Of a stretch of 34,107 bases of DNA, positions 17,604 to 25,870 are shown one piece after another. Position numbers and translations under genes: made by a program. The notes beneath the pieces are model-generated. The model made no database searches and was not told the origin of the DNA. It saw only the letters and a program-made list of their open reading frames with translations. The stretch comes from a virus (Duplodnaviria > Heunggongvirae > Uroviricota > Caudoviricetes), in the IMG/VR virus record IMGVR_UViG_2740892209_000010; one strand, written 5' to 3'. Positions within the stretch are counted from its first letter, which is position 1; every line of letters starts with the position of its first letter.

Positions 17604-18033
17604 TGCCGTCACGGTGCTGAAAACCAGCCCCGAGATGCTGCGGATATTCGTGGATAACGGGAGTATTGCCTCCACACTGGCGACGTCGTTGTCATTCGAA
17701 AAGCGTTACACGCTCAATGTCATTGTGACCGACTTTACCGGTGATTTTGACCTGCTCATCGTGCCGGTGCTGGCATGGCTGCGGGAAAATCAGCCCGACA
17801 TCATGACCACCGACGCAGGCCAGAAAAAGGGCTTCACGTTTTATGCAGACATCAACAATGACAGCAGCTTTGATATCAGTATCAGCCTGATGCTGACCGA
17901 GCGCACGCTGGTCAGTGAGGTTGACGGTGCGCTGCATGTGAAGAATATCCCGGAACCCACGCCGCCGGAGCCGGTCACCCGCCCGATGGAGCTTTATATC
18001 AATGGTGAACTGGTGAGTAAGTGGGATGAATGA
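17566..18033 (+). CDS. R: Tail completion protein R, 155 aa
   Basis: 155 aa equals P2 R; position after the lysis cassette. Confidence 0.8.
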   Translation: MLKPDSLRRALTDAVTVLKTSPEMLRIFVDNGSIASTLATSLSFEKRYTLNVIVTDFTGDFDLLIVPVLAWLRENQPDIMTTDAGQKKGFTFYADINNDSSFDISISLMLTERTLVSEVDGALHVKNIPEPTPPEPVTRPMELYINGELVSKWDE

Positions 18034-18484
18034 GTTTAAGCGTTTTGAAGACCGGCTGACCGGACTGATTGAGTCGCTGTCACCGTCAGGGCGTCGGCGA
18101 CTGGCGGTAGATATTGCGAAGAAGCTGCGCCAGCGCCAGCAGCAGCGAATTAAATTACAAAAAGCCCCGGATGGTACGCCGTATGTACCGAGAAAAAACC
18201 AACCAGTACGAAATAAGAAAGGCCGGATAAAGCGGGAAATGTTTGTGAAATTACGCACTAACCGGTTTATGAAAGCAACAGGTAGCGAGAGTGCGGCGGT
18301 GGTGGCGTTTGCCAGCGGAGTACAACGAATTGCGCGAGTACATCAATTAGGGCTTAGGGATAAGCCGGGGCGTAATAGTGCTGTGGTGGAATATCCTGTT
18401 CGTGAGTTATTTGGTTTTGACAAGGAATCTATACAATTGATAGAAAGGGAGTTATTAGTGATTCTATCGAAAGATGTTATATGA
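18026..18484 (+). CDS. S: Tail completion protein S, 152 aa
   Basis: Length close to P2 S (150 aa). The last ~35 codons are AT-rich like the downstream insert. Confidence 0.8.
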   Translation: MNEFKRFEDRLTGLIESLSPSGRRRLAVDIAKKLRQRQQQRIKLQKAPDGTPYVPRKNQPVRNKKGRIKREMFVKLRTNRFMKATGSESAAVVAFASGVQRIARVHQLGLRDKPGRNSAVVEYPVRELFGFDKESIQLIERELLVILSKDVI

Positions 18485-19236
18485 GACGGGTGTTTGTGGA
18501 TAAAAAGTTTTCCATTTTGAGAAAAAGAGTAAAGCATTCTCAAAAGAAAGTTATGGATTGTATTATTGCTGACCATAATGCTGATATATGTGTGTTATGC
18601 GGGAGTTCTGACGATATTACTCGTGAGCACATTATTCCTCAGTGGGCCTTTGAGTCAAATGCTGAAAAATCTTTAATTAATAAAAAGAATAATCAGTCAA
18701 CTCATTACATTAAAGCCACTGTACCAGCATGCAGAGTGTGCAATTCTGATTTGCTGGGAGTGTTTGAGTATAACCTGAAGAAATTTCTTACGGAAAAGAG
18801 GGGGGAGGAGTTAACAGATTATGAGTATGATTGCATCATATGGTGGTTGCAATACATGGGTTTTAAGTTGCAATTAATGGATTTGCGGAACCGCTTTCTC
18901 AGGTATAAAGGTGGTGATTATATCTCGTTCCTTGCAAACTTCCCGGTTGCAATGTTTTGGGGGAATGTCGATACGACGCCGGGGGATGTCTTCAGGATTA
19001 TACGAAAATCGCGACACAATCTGATGTCGAAATGGAAGGATAAAAAACATAATTCCTTGATGGTTTTTGAAACATCAAACAAGAGTTTTCATTTCTTTCA
19101 TAAGGTTGATGAATTTATTTTTATTGAAATGCCTCAGGTTAAGAAGGCGTTTTTCTTCTTTTTTAATAAAGAATTTGACAGCCATGATTTAGCTCATGAG
19201 GAGTGTATGAAGATTATAGAGAAGTGCTACAACTAA
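18481..19236 (+). CDS. HNH-motif protein (putative HNH endonuclease with ~150-aa C-terminal domain of unknown function), 251 aa; accessory gene at S/V junction
   Basis: ATGA overlap with the S stop. CVLCGSSDDITREHIIPQ ... NNQSTHYIKATVPACRVCN gives a CxxC ... EH ... N ... H ... CxxC arrangement typical of HNH nucleases. Very AT-rich. Occupies the position of the P2 moron orf30. Confidence 0.7.
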   Translation: MRRVFVDKKFSILRKRVKHSQKKVMDCIIADHNADICVLCGSSDDITREHIIPQWAFESNAEKSLINKKNNQSTHYIKATVPACRVCNSDLLGVFEYNLKKFLTEKRGEELTDYEYDCIIWWLQYMGFKLQLMDLRNRFLRYKGGDYISFLANFPVAMFWGNVDTTPGDVFRIIRKSRHNLMSKWKDKKHNSLMVFETSNKSFHFFHKVDEFIFIEMPQVKKAFFFFFNKEFDSHDLAHEECMKIIEKCYN

Positions 19237-19313
19237 TATTTATTATGTTGTATCACAGCTGACAGAATCCTCCATGATTGCTGCTGGTATCGTCCAGCGG
19301 CATCCTTCCCGTT

Positions 19314-19949
19314 ATGAACACTCTCGCAAATATTCAGGAACTCGCGCGCGCACTGCGCAATATGATTCGCACCGGCATTATCGTCGAAACCGACATTAAC
19401 GCCGGTCGCTGCCGTGTGCAGACCGGCGGCATGTGCACCGACTGGTTGCAGTGGCTGACTCATCGTGCTGGGCGTTCGCGCACATGGTGGGCACCTTCCG
19501 TGGGGGAACAGGTGCTGATTCTGTCCGTGGGCGGCGAACTCGACACGGCTTTTGTTCTGCCGGGGATTTATTCCGGCGATAACCCTGCGCCGTCTGCGTC
19601 GGCTGATGCCCTGCATATCCGTTTCCCTGACGGGGCGGTGATTGAGTATGAACCCGAAACCAGTGCACTCACGGTAAGCGGAATTAAAACGGCCAGCGTG
19701 ACGGCTTCTGATTCTGTTACTGCCACGGTGCCGGTGGTCATGGTGAAAGCATCAACCCGCGTCACTCTGGACACGCCGGAGGTGGTCTGCACAAACAAGC
19801 TGATCACCGGCACGCTGGAAGTGCAGAAGGGCGGGACGATGCGCGGCAACATTGAACACACCGGCGGTGAACTCTCATCAAACGGGAAGGTACTGCATAC
19901 CCATAAACACCCCGGCGACAGCGGCGGCACAACCGGGAGTCCTCTATGA
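19314..19949 (+). CDS. V: Baseplate spike protein V, 211 aa
   Basis: ATG at 19314 gives 211 aa (P2 V length). Confidence 0.85.
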   Translation: MNTLANIQELARALRNMIRTGIIVETDINAGRCRVQTGGMCTDWLQWLTHRAGRSRTWWAPSVGEQVLILSVGGELDTAFVLPGIYSGDNPAPSASADALHIRFPDGAVIEYEPETSALTVSGIKTASVTASDSVTATVPVVMVKASTRVTLDTPEVVCTNKLITGTLEVQKGGTMRGNIEHTGGELSSNGKVLHTHKHPGDSGGTTGSPL

Positions 19950-20293
19950 CAGCGCGTTATCTCGGAATGAATCGCAGTGATGGCCTGACTGTCTCTGACC
20001 TTGAGCATATCAGCCAGAGTATCGGCGATATCCTGCGCACGCCGGTCGGCTCACGGGTGATGCGTCGTGATTACGGCTCGTTGCTGGCGTCAATGATTGA
20101 CCAGCCGCAGACCCCGGCGCTTGAGTTGCAGATTAAGGTCGCCTGTTACATGGCCGTGCTGAAATGGGAACCCCGCGTCACCCTGTCATCCGTCACCACG
20201 GCGCGCAGTTTTGACGGGCGAATGACAGTTACGTTAACCGGCCAGCACAACGACACCGGCCAGCCACTTTCGTTAACCATCCCTGTGAGTTGA
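19946..20293 (+). CDS. W: Baseplate wedge protein W (gp25-like), 115 aa
   Basis: 115 aa equals P2 W; ATGA overlap with V. Confidence 0.85.
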   Translation: MTARYLGMNRSDGLTVSDLEHISQSIGDILRTPVGSRVMRRDYGSLLASMIDQPQTPALELQIKVACYMAVLKWEPRVTLSSVTTARSFDGRMTVTLTGQHNDTGQPLSLTIPVS

Positions 20294-20297
20294 AACC

Positions 20298-21206
20298 ATG
20301 CCGATTATCGACCTGAACCAGCTACCCGCACCGGATGTGGTCGAGGAGCTGGACTTTGAAACCATTCTCGCCGAACGCAAGGCGACACTGATTTCCCTTT
20401 ACCCGGAAGACCAGCAGGAGGCGGTCGCCCGTACCCTGACACTGGAATCCGAGCCTCTCGTCAAACTGCTGGAAGAAAACGCTTATCGTGAGCTTATCTG
20501 GCGTCAGCGTGTGAATGAGGCCGCACGGGCGGTGATGCTGGCCTGTGCAGCCGGTAATGACCTTGATGTGATTGGTGCCAATTACAACACCACACGCCTG
20601 ATTATCACCCCGGCAGATGATTCGACCATCCCGCCGACACCGGCAGTGATGGAGTCTGACACCGATTATCGTCTGCGTATTCAGCAGGCGTTTGAAGGTT
20701 TAAGCGTCGCCGGGTCGGTGGGAGCCTATCAGTATCATGGTCGCAGTGCCGACGGGCGTGTCGCGGATATCTCTGTCACCAGTCCGTCTCCGGCCTGTGT
20801 CACCATCTCTGTGCTGTCACGTGAAAATAACGGTGTCGCATCCGAAGACCTGCTGGCGGTGGTGCGTAACGCCCTGAATGGCGAGGACGTCAGGCCGGTG
20901 GCCGACCGCGTGACCGTGCAGTCTGCCGCCATCGTTGAATACCAGATAAACGCCACGCTTTACCTTTACCCTGGTCCCGAAAGCGAACCCATCCGCGCCG
21001 CCGCCGTGAAAAAACTGGAAGCGTATATCACGGCACAGCACCGGCTGGGGCGCGACATCCGTCTGTCTGCCATTTATGCCGCTTTGCATGTGGAAGGCGT
21101 GCAGCGTGTCGAACTGGCTGCACCGCTGGCCGACATCGTGCTCAACAGTACGCAGGCGTCTTTCTGTACCGAATACCGCGTCGTGACCGGAGGCTCGGAT
21201 GAGTGA
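20298..21206 (+). CDS. J: Baseplate protein J (gp6-like), 302 aa
   Basis: 302 aa equals P2 J. Confidence 0.85.
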   Translation: MPIIDLNQLPAPDVVEELDFETILAERKATLISLYPEDQQEAVARTLTLESEPLVKLLEENAYRELIWRQRVNEAARAVMLACAAGNDLDVIGANYNTTRLIITPADDSTIPPTPAVMESDTDYRLRIQQAFEGLSVAGSVGAYQYHGRSADGRVADISVTSPSPACVTISVLSRENNGVASEDLLAVVRNALNGEDVRPVADRVTVQSAAIVEYQINATLYLYPGPESEPIRAAAVKKLEAYITAQHRLGRDIRLSAIYAALHVEGVQRVELAAPLADIVLNSTQASFCTEYRVVTGGSDE

Positions 21207-21729
21207 TTCGCGCCTGCTGCCGACCGGCTCATCACCGCTTGAAGTCGCCGCTGCAAAAGCCTGTGCGGAAATTGAAAAAACGCCGGTCAGGATTCGTGAG
21301 CTGTGGAACCCGGACACCTGCCCGGCAAATCTGCTGCCGTGGCTGGCGTGGGCGTTTTCGGTCGACAGATGGGATGAAAAGTGGCCGGAAGCGAACAAAC
21401 GCGCCGTTATTCGCGATGCCTATTTCATCCACTGTCATAAAGGCACTATAGGTGCAATCCGGCGTGTGGTGGAGCCGCTGGGCTATCTCATCAACGTGAC
21501 GGAGTGGTGGGAAACCAGTGACCCGCCGGGCACCTTCCGGCTTGATATTGGTGTACTGGAAAGTGGCATCACAGAGGCAATGTATCAGGAAATGGAACGG
21601 CTGATTGCCGATGCCAAACCTGCAAGCCGTCACCTTATTGGTCTGAACATTACCCGGGACATTCCCGGCTACCTGTTCGCCGGTGGTGTGGCTTACGACG
21701 GCGATGTAATTACGGTTTACCCCGGATAA
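21199..21729 (+). CDS. I: Baseplate/tail-fibre attachment protein I, 176 aa
   Basis: 176 aa equals P2 I; overlaps the J stop. Confidence 0.85.
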   Translation: MSDSRLLPTGSSPLEVAAAKACAEIEKTPVRIRELWNPDTCPANLLPWLAWAFSVDRWDEKWPEANKRAVIRDAYFIHCHKGTIGAIRRVVEPLGYLINVTEWWETSDPPGTFRLDIGVLESGITEAMYQEMERLIADAKPASRHLIGLNITRDIPGYLFAGGVAYDGDVITVYPG

Positions 21730-21739
21730 GTGAGGAATA

Positions 21740-23869
21740 ATGAGCACAAAATTCAGAACCGTTATCACCACTGCCGGTGCAGCAAAGCTGGCAGCGGCAA
21801 CCGCGCCGGGAGGGCGGAAGGTCAACATTACCACGATGGCCGTCGGGGATGGCGGTGGTAAATTGCCTGTCCCGGATGCCGGACAGACCGGGCTTATCCA
21901 CGAAGTCTGGCGACATACGCTGAACAAAATCAGCCAGGACAAACGAAACAGTAATTATATTATCGCAGAGCTGGTTATTCCGCCGGAGGTGGGCGGTTTC
22001 TGGATGCGAGAGCTTGGCCTGTACGATGATGCGGGAACGTTAATTGCCGTGGCGAACATGGCCGAAAGTTATAAGCCAGCTCTTGCCGAAGGCTCAGGGC
22101 GTTCGCAGACCTGCCGCATGGTCATCATCGTCAGCAGTGTGGCCTCAGTGGAGCTGACCATTGACACCACAACGGTGATGGCGACGCAGGATTACGTTGA
22201 TGACAAAATTGCAGAGCATGAACAGTCACGACGTCACCCGGACGCCTCGCTGACCGCAAAAGGTTTTACTCAGTTAAGCAATGCGACCAACAGCACGTCT
22301 GAAACACTGGCCGCAACGCCGAAAGCGGTAAAGGCCGCCTATGACCTGGCTAACGGGAAATATACTGCGCAGGATGCCACCACCGCGCGAAAAGGTCTTG
22401 TCCAGCTCAGTAGTGCCACCAACAGTACGTCTGAAACGCTCGCCGCAACACCAAAAGCGGTAAAGGCCGCGTATGACCTTGCTAACGGGAAATACACTGC
22501 ACAGGACGCCACCACAGCGCGAAAAGGTCTTGTCCAGCTCAGTAGTGCCACCAACAGTACGTCTGAAACGCTCGCCGCAACACCAAAAGCGGTAAAGGCC
22601 GCGTATGACCTTGCCAACGGGAAATACACTGCACAGGACGCCACCACAGCGCGAAAAGGTCTTGTCCAGCTCAGTAGCGTCACCAACAGCGATTCTGAAA
22701 CGCTTGCGGCAACGCCAAAGGCGGTAAAGGTCGCGTATGACCTTGCTAACGGGAAATACACTGCACAGGATGCCACCACAGCGCGAAAAGGGCTTGTTCA
22801 GCTCAGTAGCGCCACCAACAGTGATTCGGAAACGCTGGCCGCAACACCAAAAGCGGTGAAGTCTGCCTATGACAATGCTGAAAAACGTCTTCAGAAAGAT
22901 CAGAACGGTGCGGATATTCCTGATAAAAGATTATTCCTGCGCAATATTGGAGCAACAAATTCAACAACCATGTCTTTTAGTGGTGGTACAGGATGGTTCA
23001 GGCTGGCAACTGTAACCATGCCACAGGCCAGTTCCGTGGTTTACATAAGCCTGATTGGTGGTGCTGGATATAATGTTAACTCCCCTATGCAGGCTGGTAT
23101 ATCTGAACTTGTTCTTCGTGCGGGAAATGGAAATCCAAAAGGTCTTACTGGTGCGTTATGGCGACGGACCTCGGTTGGATTTACTAATTTTGCATGGGTG
23201 AATACATCCGGTGATACCTATGACATTTATGTAGAAATAGGTAATTACGCCACAGGTGTTAATATCCAGTGGGATTATACAAAGGATGCAACTGTACAAA
23301 TTCATACATCACCAATTTATACAGCGAATAAACCAACAGGCCTGACAGATGGAACTGTATATGTAATTTACAGTTCGCACATTAAACCGACTGCTGCTGA
23401 TGTTGGGGCGTTGTCATTATCTGGAGGTCAATTGAATGGTGCACTGGGCATCGGAACATCCAGTGCTCTTGGCGGTAACTCGATTGTTTTGGGTGATAAT
23501 GACACGGGCTTTAAACAAAATGGCGACGGTAATCTGGATGTTTATGCTAATAACGTTCATGTTATGCGCTTTGTCTCCGGTAGCATTCAAAGTAATAAAA
23601 CCATAAATATTACGGGGCGTGTTAATCCCACAGATTACGGTAACTTTGATTCCCGCTATGTCCGGGATGTCCGGCTTGGTGGTGCTGCCACATACAAACC
23701 TGCGAACAATGGCATGACATGGACACATCAGGCACCGTCCGGGTGTGTATATTCCGGCATTATTGTTCAGGATACCGGCTCAAACTCTGCCGATAACATT
23801 GGTGGCGTATATTACAGACCGGTTCAGAAATACATTAACGGGACATGGTATAACGTGGCGCAGGTATAA
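21740..23869 (+). CDS. H: Tail fibre protein H, 709 aa, with internal 44-aa tandem repeats
   Basis: Position after I. Conserved GC-rich N-terminal part, repeat array, then an AT-rich C-terminal part. P2 H is 669 aa; the 40-aa difference is close to one repeat unit. Confidence 0.85.
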   Translation: MSTKFRTVITTAGAAKLAAATAPGGRKVNITTMAVGDGGGKLPVPDAGQTGLIHEVWRHTLNKISQDKRNSNYIIAELVIPPEVGGFWMRELGLYDDAGTLIAVANMAESYKPALAEGSGRSQTCRMVIIVSSVASVELTIDTTTVMATQDYVDDKIAEHEQSRRHPDASLTAKGFTQLSNATNSTSETLAATPKAVKAAYDLANGKYTAQDATTARKGLVQLSSATNSTSETLAATPKAVKAAYDLANGKYTAQDATTARKGLVQLSSATNSTSETLAATPKAVKAAYDLANGKYTAQDATTARKGLVQLSSVTNSDSETLAATPKAVKVAYDLANGKYTAQDATTARKGLVQLSSATNSDSETLAATPKAVKSAYDNAEKRLQKDQNGADIPDKRLFLRNIGATNSTTMSFSGGTGWFRLATVTMPQASSVVYISLIGGAGYNVNSPMQAGISELVLRAGNGNPKGLTGALWRRTSVGFTNFAWVNTSGDTYDIYVEIGNYATGVNIQWDYTKDATVQIHTSPIYTANKPTGLTDGTVYVIYSSHIKPTAADVGALSLSGGQLNGALGIGTSSALGGNSIVLGDNDTGFKQNGDGNLDVYANNVHVMRFVSGSIQSNKTINITGRVNPTDYGNFDSRYVRDVRLGGAATYKPANNGMTWTHQAPSGCVYSGIIVQDTGSNSADNIGGVYYRPVQKYINGTWYNVAQV
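22253..22880 (+). repeat. Tandem 132-bp (44-aa) repeats inside tail-fibre gene H, about 4.7 copies
   Basis: Units begin at 22253, 22385, 22517, 22649 and 22781 (last partial). Peptide unit ARKGLVQLSSATNSTSETLAATPKAVKAAYDLANGKYTAQDATT; units 2 and 3 are almost identical at nucleotide level. Confidence 0.85.
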
Positions 23870-23872
23870 TTT

Positions 23873-24400
23873 ATGCAGCATTTGATAAATATAACGGTGG
23901 GTAATCCAAAAACGGTTGAACAATATCAATTGACAAAGGACTTTGATGTTGTCTGGTTTTTTTCAGAAGATGGTAAGAACTGGTACGAAGAACAAAAGTA
24001 TTTTGCTGATGACACGATAAAAATAGCGTACGACAAAGATAATATTATCCGCTATGTGGAAAAGGATGTGACAGCTATCAGACCAGATGGATTAAGTGTT
24101 GTTGAAGTGCCGGATATTACCGCTAACCGACGGGCGGACATTTCAGGGAACTGGATGTTTAAAGACGGCACAGTGATTAAACGAATTTATACGGCGGAGG
24201 AATTGCAGCAGCAGGCAGAAAATCGGAAAGCCAGACTTCTTGCAGATGCTGAATCCGTGATTTTGCCGCTGGAGCGTGCTGTCAGGCTGAATATGGCAAC
24301 AGATGAGGAACACAGCCGACTGGAGGCTTGGGAACGCTATAGCGTTCTGGTCAGTCGTGTGGATCCTGCAAATCCTGAATGGCCGGAAATGCCGCAATAA
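23873..24400 (+). CDS. G: Tail fibre assembly chaperone G, 175 aa
   Basis: 175 aa equals P2 G; immediately after H. Confidence 0.8.
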   Translation: MQHLINITVGNPKTVEQYQLTKDFDVVWFFSEDGKNWYEEQKYFADDTIKIAYDKDNIIRYVEKDVTAIRPDGLSVVEVPDITANRRADISGNWMFKDGTVIKRIYTAEELQQQAENRKARLLADAESVILPLERAVRLNMATDEEHSRLEAWERYSVLVSRVDPANPEWPEMPQ

Positions 24401-24451
24401 GTTGTATGAGCTCTGGTGGGAGCTTACATATCTATGGCACAGAGTAAAGCC

Positions 24452-24487
24452 TAATCTGACAGTCCGCTCTGTGCCAAAAACGGACAT
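24452..24487. repeat. Left copy of 36-bp inverted repeat bracketing the G-FI accessory cassette
   Basis: Reverse complement of 24452..24487 aligns to 25653..25688 with 30/36 identities, including a 12-bp perfect block (gactgtcagatt). Confidence 0.6.
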
Positions 24488-24604
24488 GTCAAAGCGCAGA
24501 GTGAATGGCTAAGTCTAGCTCATTAGAAATGTTCGCTTCATGAAAATGGCTGCAGCAAGGATCTATCTCACTGCGGCCTCTTTACAATAACGAAATTTTG
24601 CGAG

Positions 24605-25360
24605 CTATTCCTTGGCCTCTTTATTTTTCTCGCCATCGCCAATGTAAAGAAGATAATCGTTTAAGGATATCCTTCCGGAGGGGCCGGTCCATGTTATCAA
24701 TCCGTTCTCACGAAGATTAAATAATGCTTCCATGAACTCATTATCGTTAAAAGAATGATCCTCTGAGAACAGAATGTTCATTTTTCTCAATAGTTCTTCC
24801 ACTTTAATCTTTTCATATCGCCTTATCAGACTTAGTGCTTTACGACGCATTAAGATTGTAGGTACTGCTTGTGAACGAATGGTTTTTTGTATTCCACTAT
24901 CAAGAACTTTCTTGATCTTGCTCTCTAACTCTTTGATTTTAGTTTCATTATCTCCATTGGACTTAAGCTTTTCATCAACGATGCAAATAATTTCCTGACT
25001 AATGCTGTTCTTGAGGTTGTTTATTTTTTCTTCATTGTTGAGAATCTCATCAGAGCTTCCTGCATGGGGTTTTTTCCATATGTGCTGACGCATATCCGTT
25101 ACCGTATCTCTCATCATAGAGAATGTATCTGAATATAACTTGTCAAATATTTTTTCCAGTCGTTCGACACTTGCCTGGATGTCTTTTGCTGCTTTAGTTG
25201 TCTCTTTAGAAGCCTCATTCGACATTTTATAAAAAACAAAAGAAAGCCAAATAGCCCCAATGGCGAGTACTAATGAGGCTATTGTGGCAATAAAACCTAT
25301 TATTGTTATTGCTGTATCTAATGTGCCTGCTGCATCTGTGACTACTGTTTCTGCTGCCAT
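24605..25360 (-). CDS. Accessory cargo protein 3: N-terminally membrane-anchored, coiled-coil-rich protein of unknown function, 251 aa; opposite strand to the flanking tail genes
   Basis: Minus-strand ATG at 25360 with GAGGA RBS. One hydrophobic helix (TAITIIGFIATIASLVLAIGAIWLSFVFY) followed by a highly charged Lys/Glu-rich region. AT-rich. Occupies the P2 Z/fun position between G and FI. Confidence 0.75.
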   Translation of the reverse strand: MAAETVVTDAAGTLDTAITIIGFIATIASLVLAIGAIWLSFVFYKMSNEASKETTKAAKDIQASVERLEKIFDKLYSDTFSMMRDTVTDMRQHIWKKPHAGSSDEILNNEEKINNLKNSISQEIICIVDEKLKSNGDNETKIKELESKIKKVLDSGIQKTIRSQAVPTILMRRKALSLIRRYEKIKVEELLRKMNILFSEDHSFNDNEFMEALFNLRENGLITWTGPSGRISLNDYLLYIGDGEKNKEAKE

Positions 25361-25652
25361 ATATCCTCAATATTTAACCATACAGGGTAGCGTGTTTTAA
25401 CCGCGGGGAAGTCGGGGTGGTGACACCCTAGCCTTACCCCGATTCCAGAGTATTTATTTATCATACCATTGAAACTATTTAATTTTATCGAAAATTTTGT
25501 CAGAGCGTGACTGAAAAGTCTTCAGCACGTCAAGCATATCGTCGCCGTTCAATTAACACTGAGCCTTTTCTTAGAGGGGTGGGCTGCGCAGTTGCGAGGT
25601 TATGCCCCAGTTCCTAGTTCCTCACTACATTCTAATTAAGCCGGCCAACTAA

Positions 25653-25688
25653 ATGTCCGCTTTTCGCTCAAAGCAGACTGTCAGATTT
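25653..25688. repeat. Right copy of 36-bp inverted repeat bracketing the G-FI accessory cassette
   Basis: atgtccgcttttcgctcaaagcagactgtcagattt; 83% identical to the reverse complement of 24452..24487. Confidence 0.6.
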
Positions 25689-25870
25689 GATAGCGTTTGG
25701 GCTATGTAAATTGTCAGTTGGAAAATGAGTGAGTGCAAATCATGGCAGGCTGGCGGATTACCCGCCTTTTCTTTGTCTGTTGTTTCATCCCCTGACCAGC
25801 CAGGTCAAATAGCGTCTCATGCTCTGCACAACAGAAAATAGTTGCACCCATTAACCACGGAGTTAAACGG

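Noticed and set aside
22339-22779. 146-aa minus-strand ORF inside tail-fibre gene H
   Set aside because: It is antisense to the 132-bp tandem repeats and its protein is itself repetitive; an artefact of the repeat array.
24436-24475. 9-bp inverted repeat (ggcacagag / ctctgtgcc) considered as terminator for G or for the reverse-strand cargo gene
   Set aside because: The loop is 22 nt and the flanking run is A5 on the plus strand (T5 precedes the hairpin on the minus strand), so it is not a canonical intrinsic terminator for either strand. It is better explained as part of the left inverted repeat of the cassette.
24303-24512. 69-aa plus-strand ORF overlapping the end of G
   Set aside because: Alternative frame of the G 3' end running into the left inverted repeat; no RBS.
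25609-25622. Tandem heptamer agttcct agttcct upstream of the reverse-strand cargo gene
   Set aside because: Only two copies of a 7-mer; could be a regulator site but is equally likely chance. No supporting features seen.
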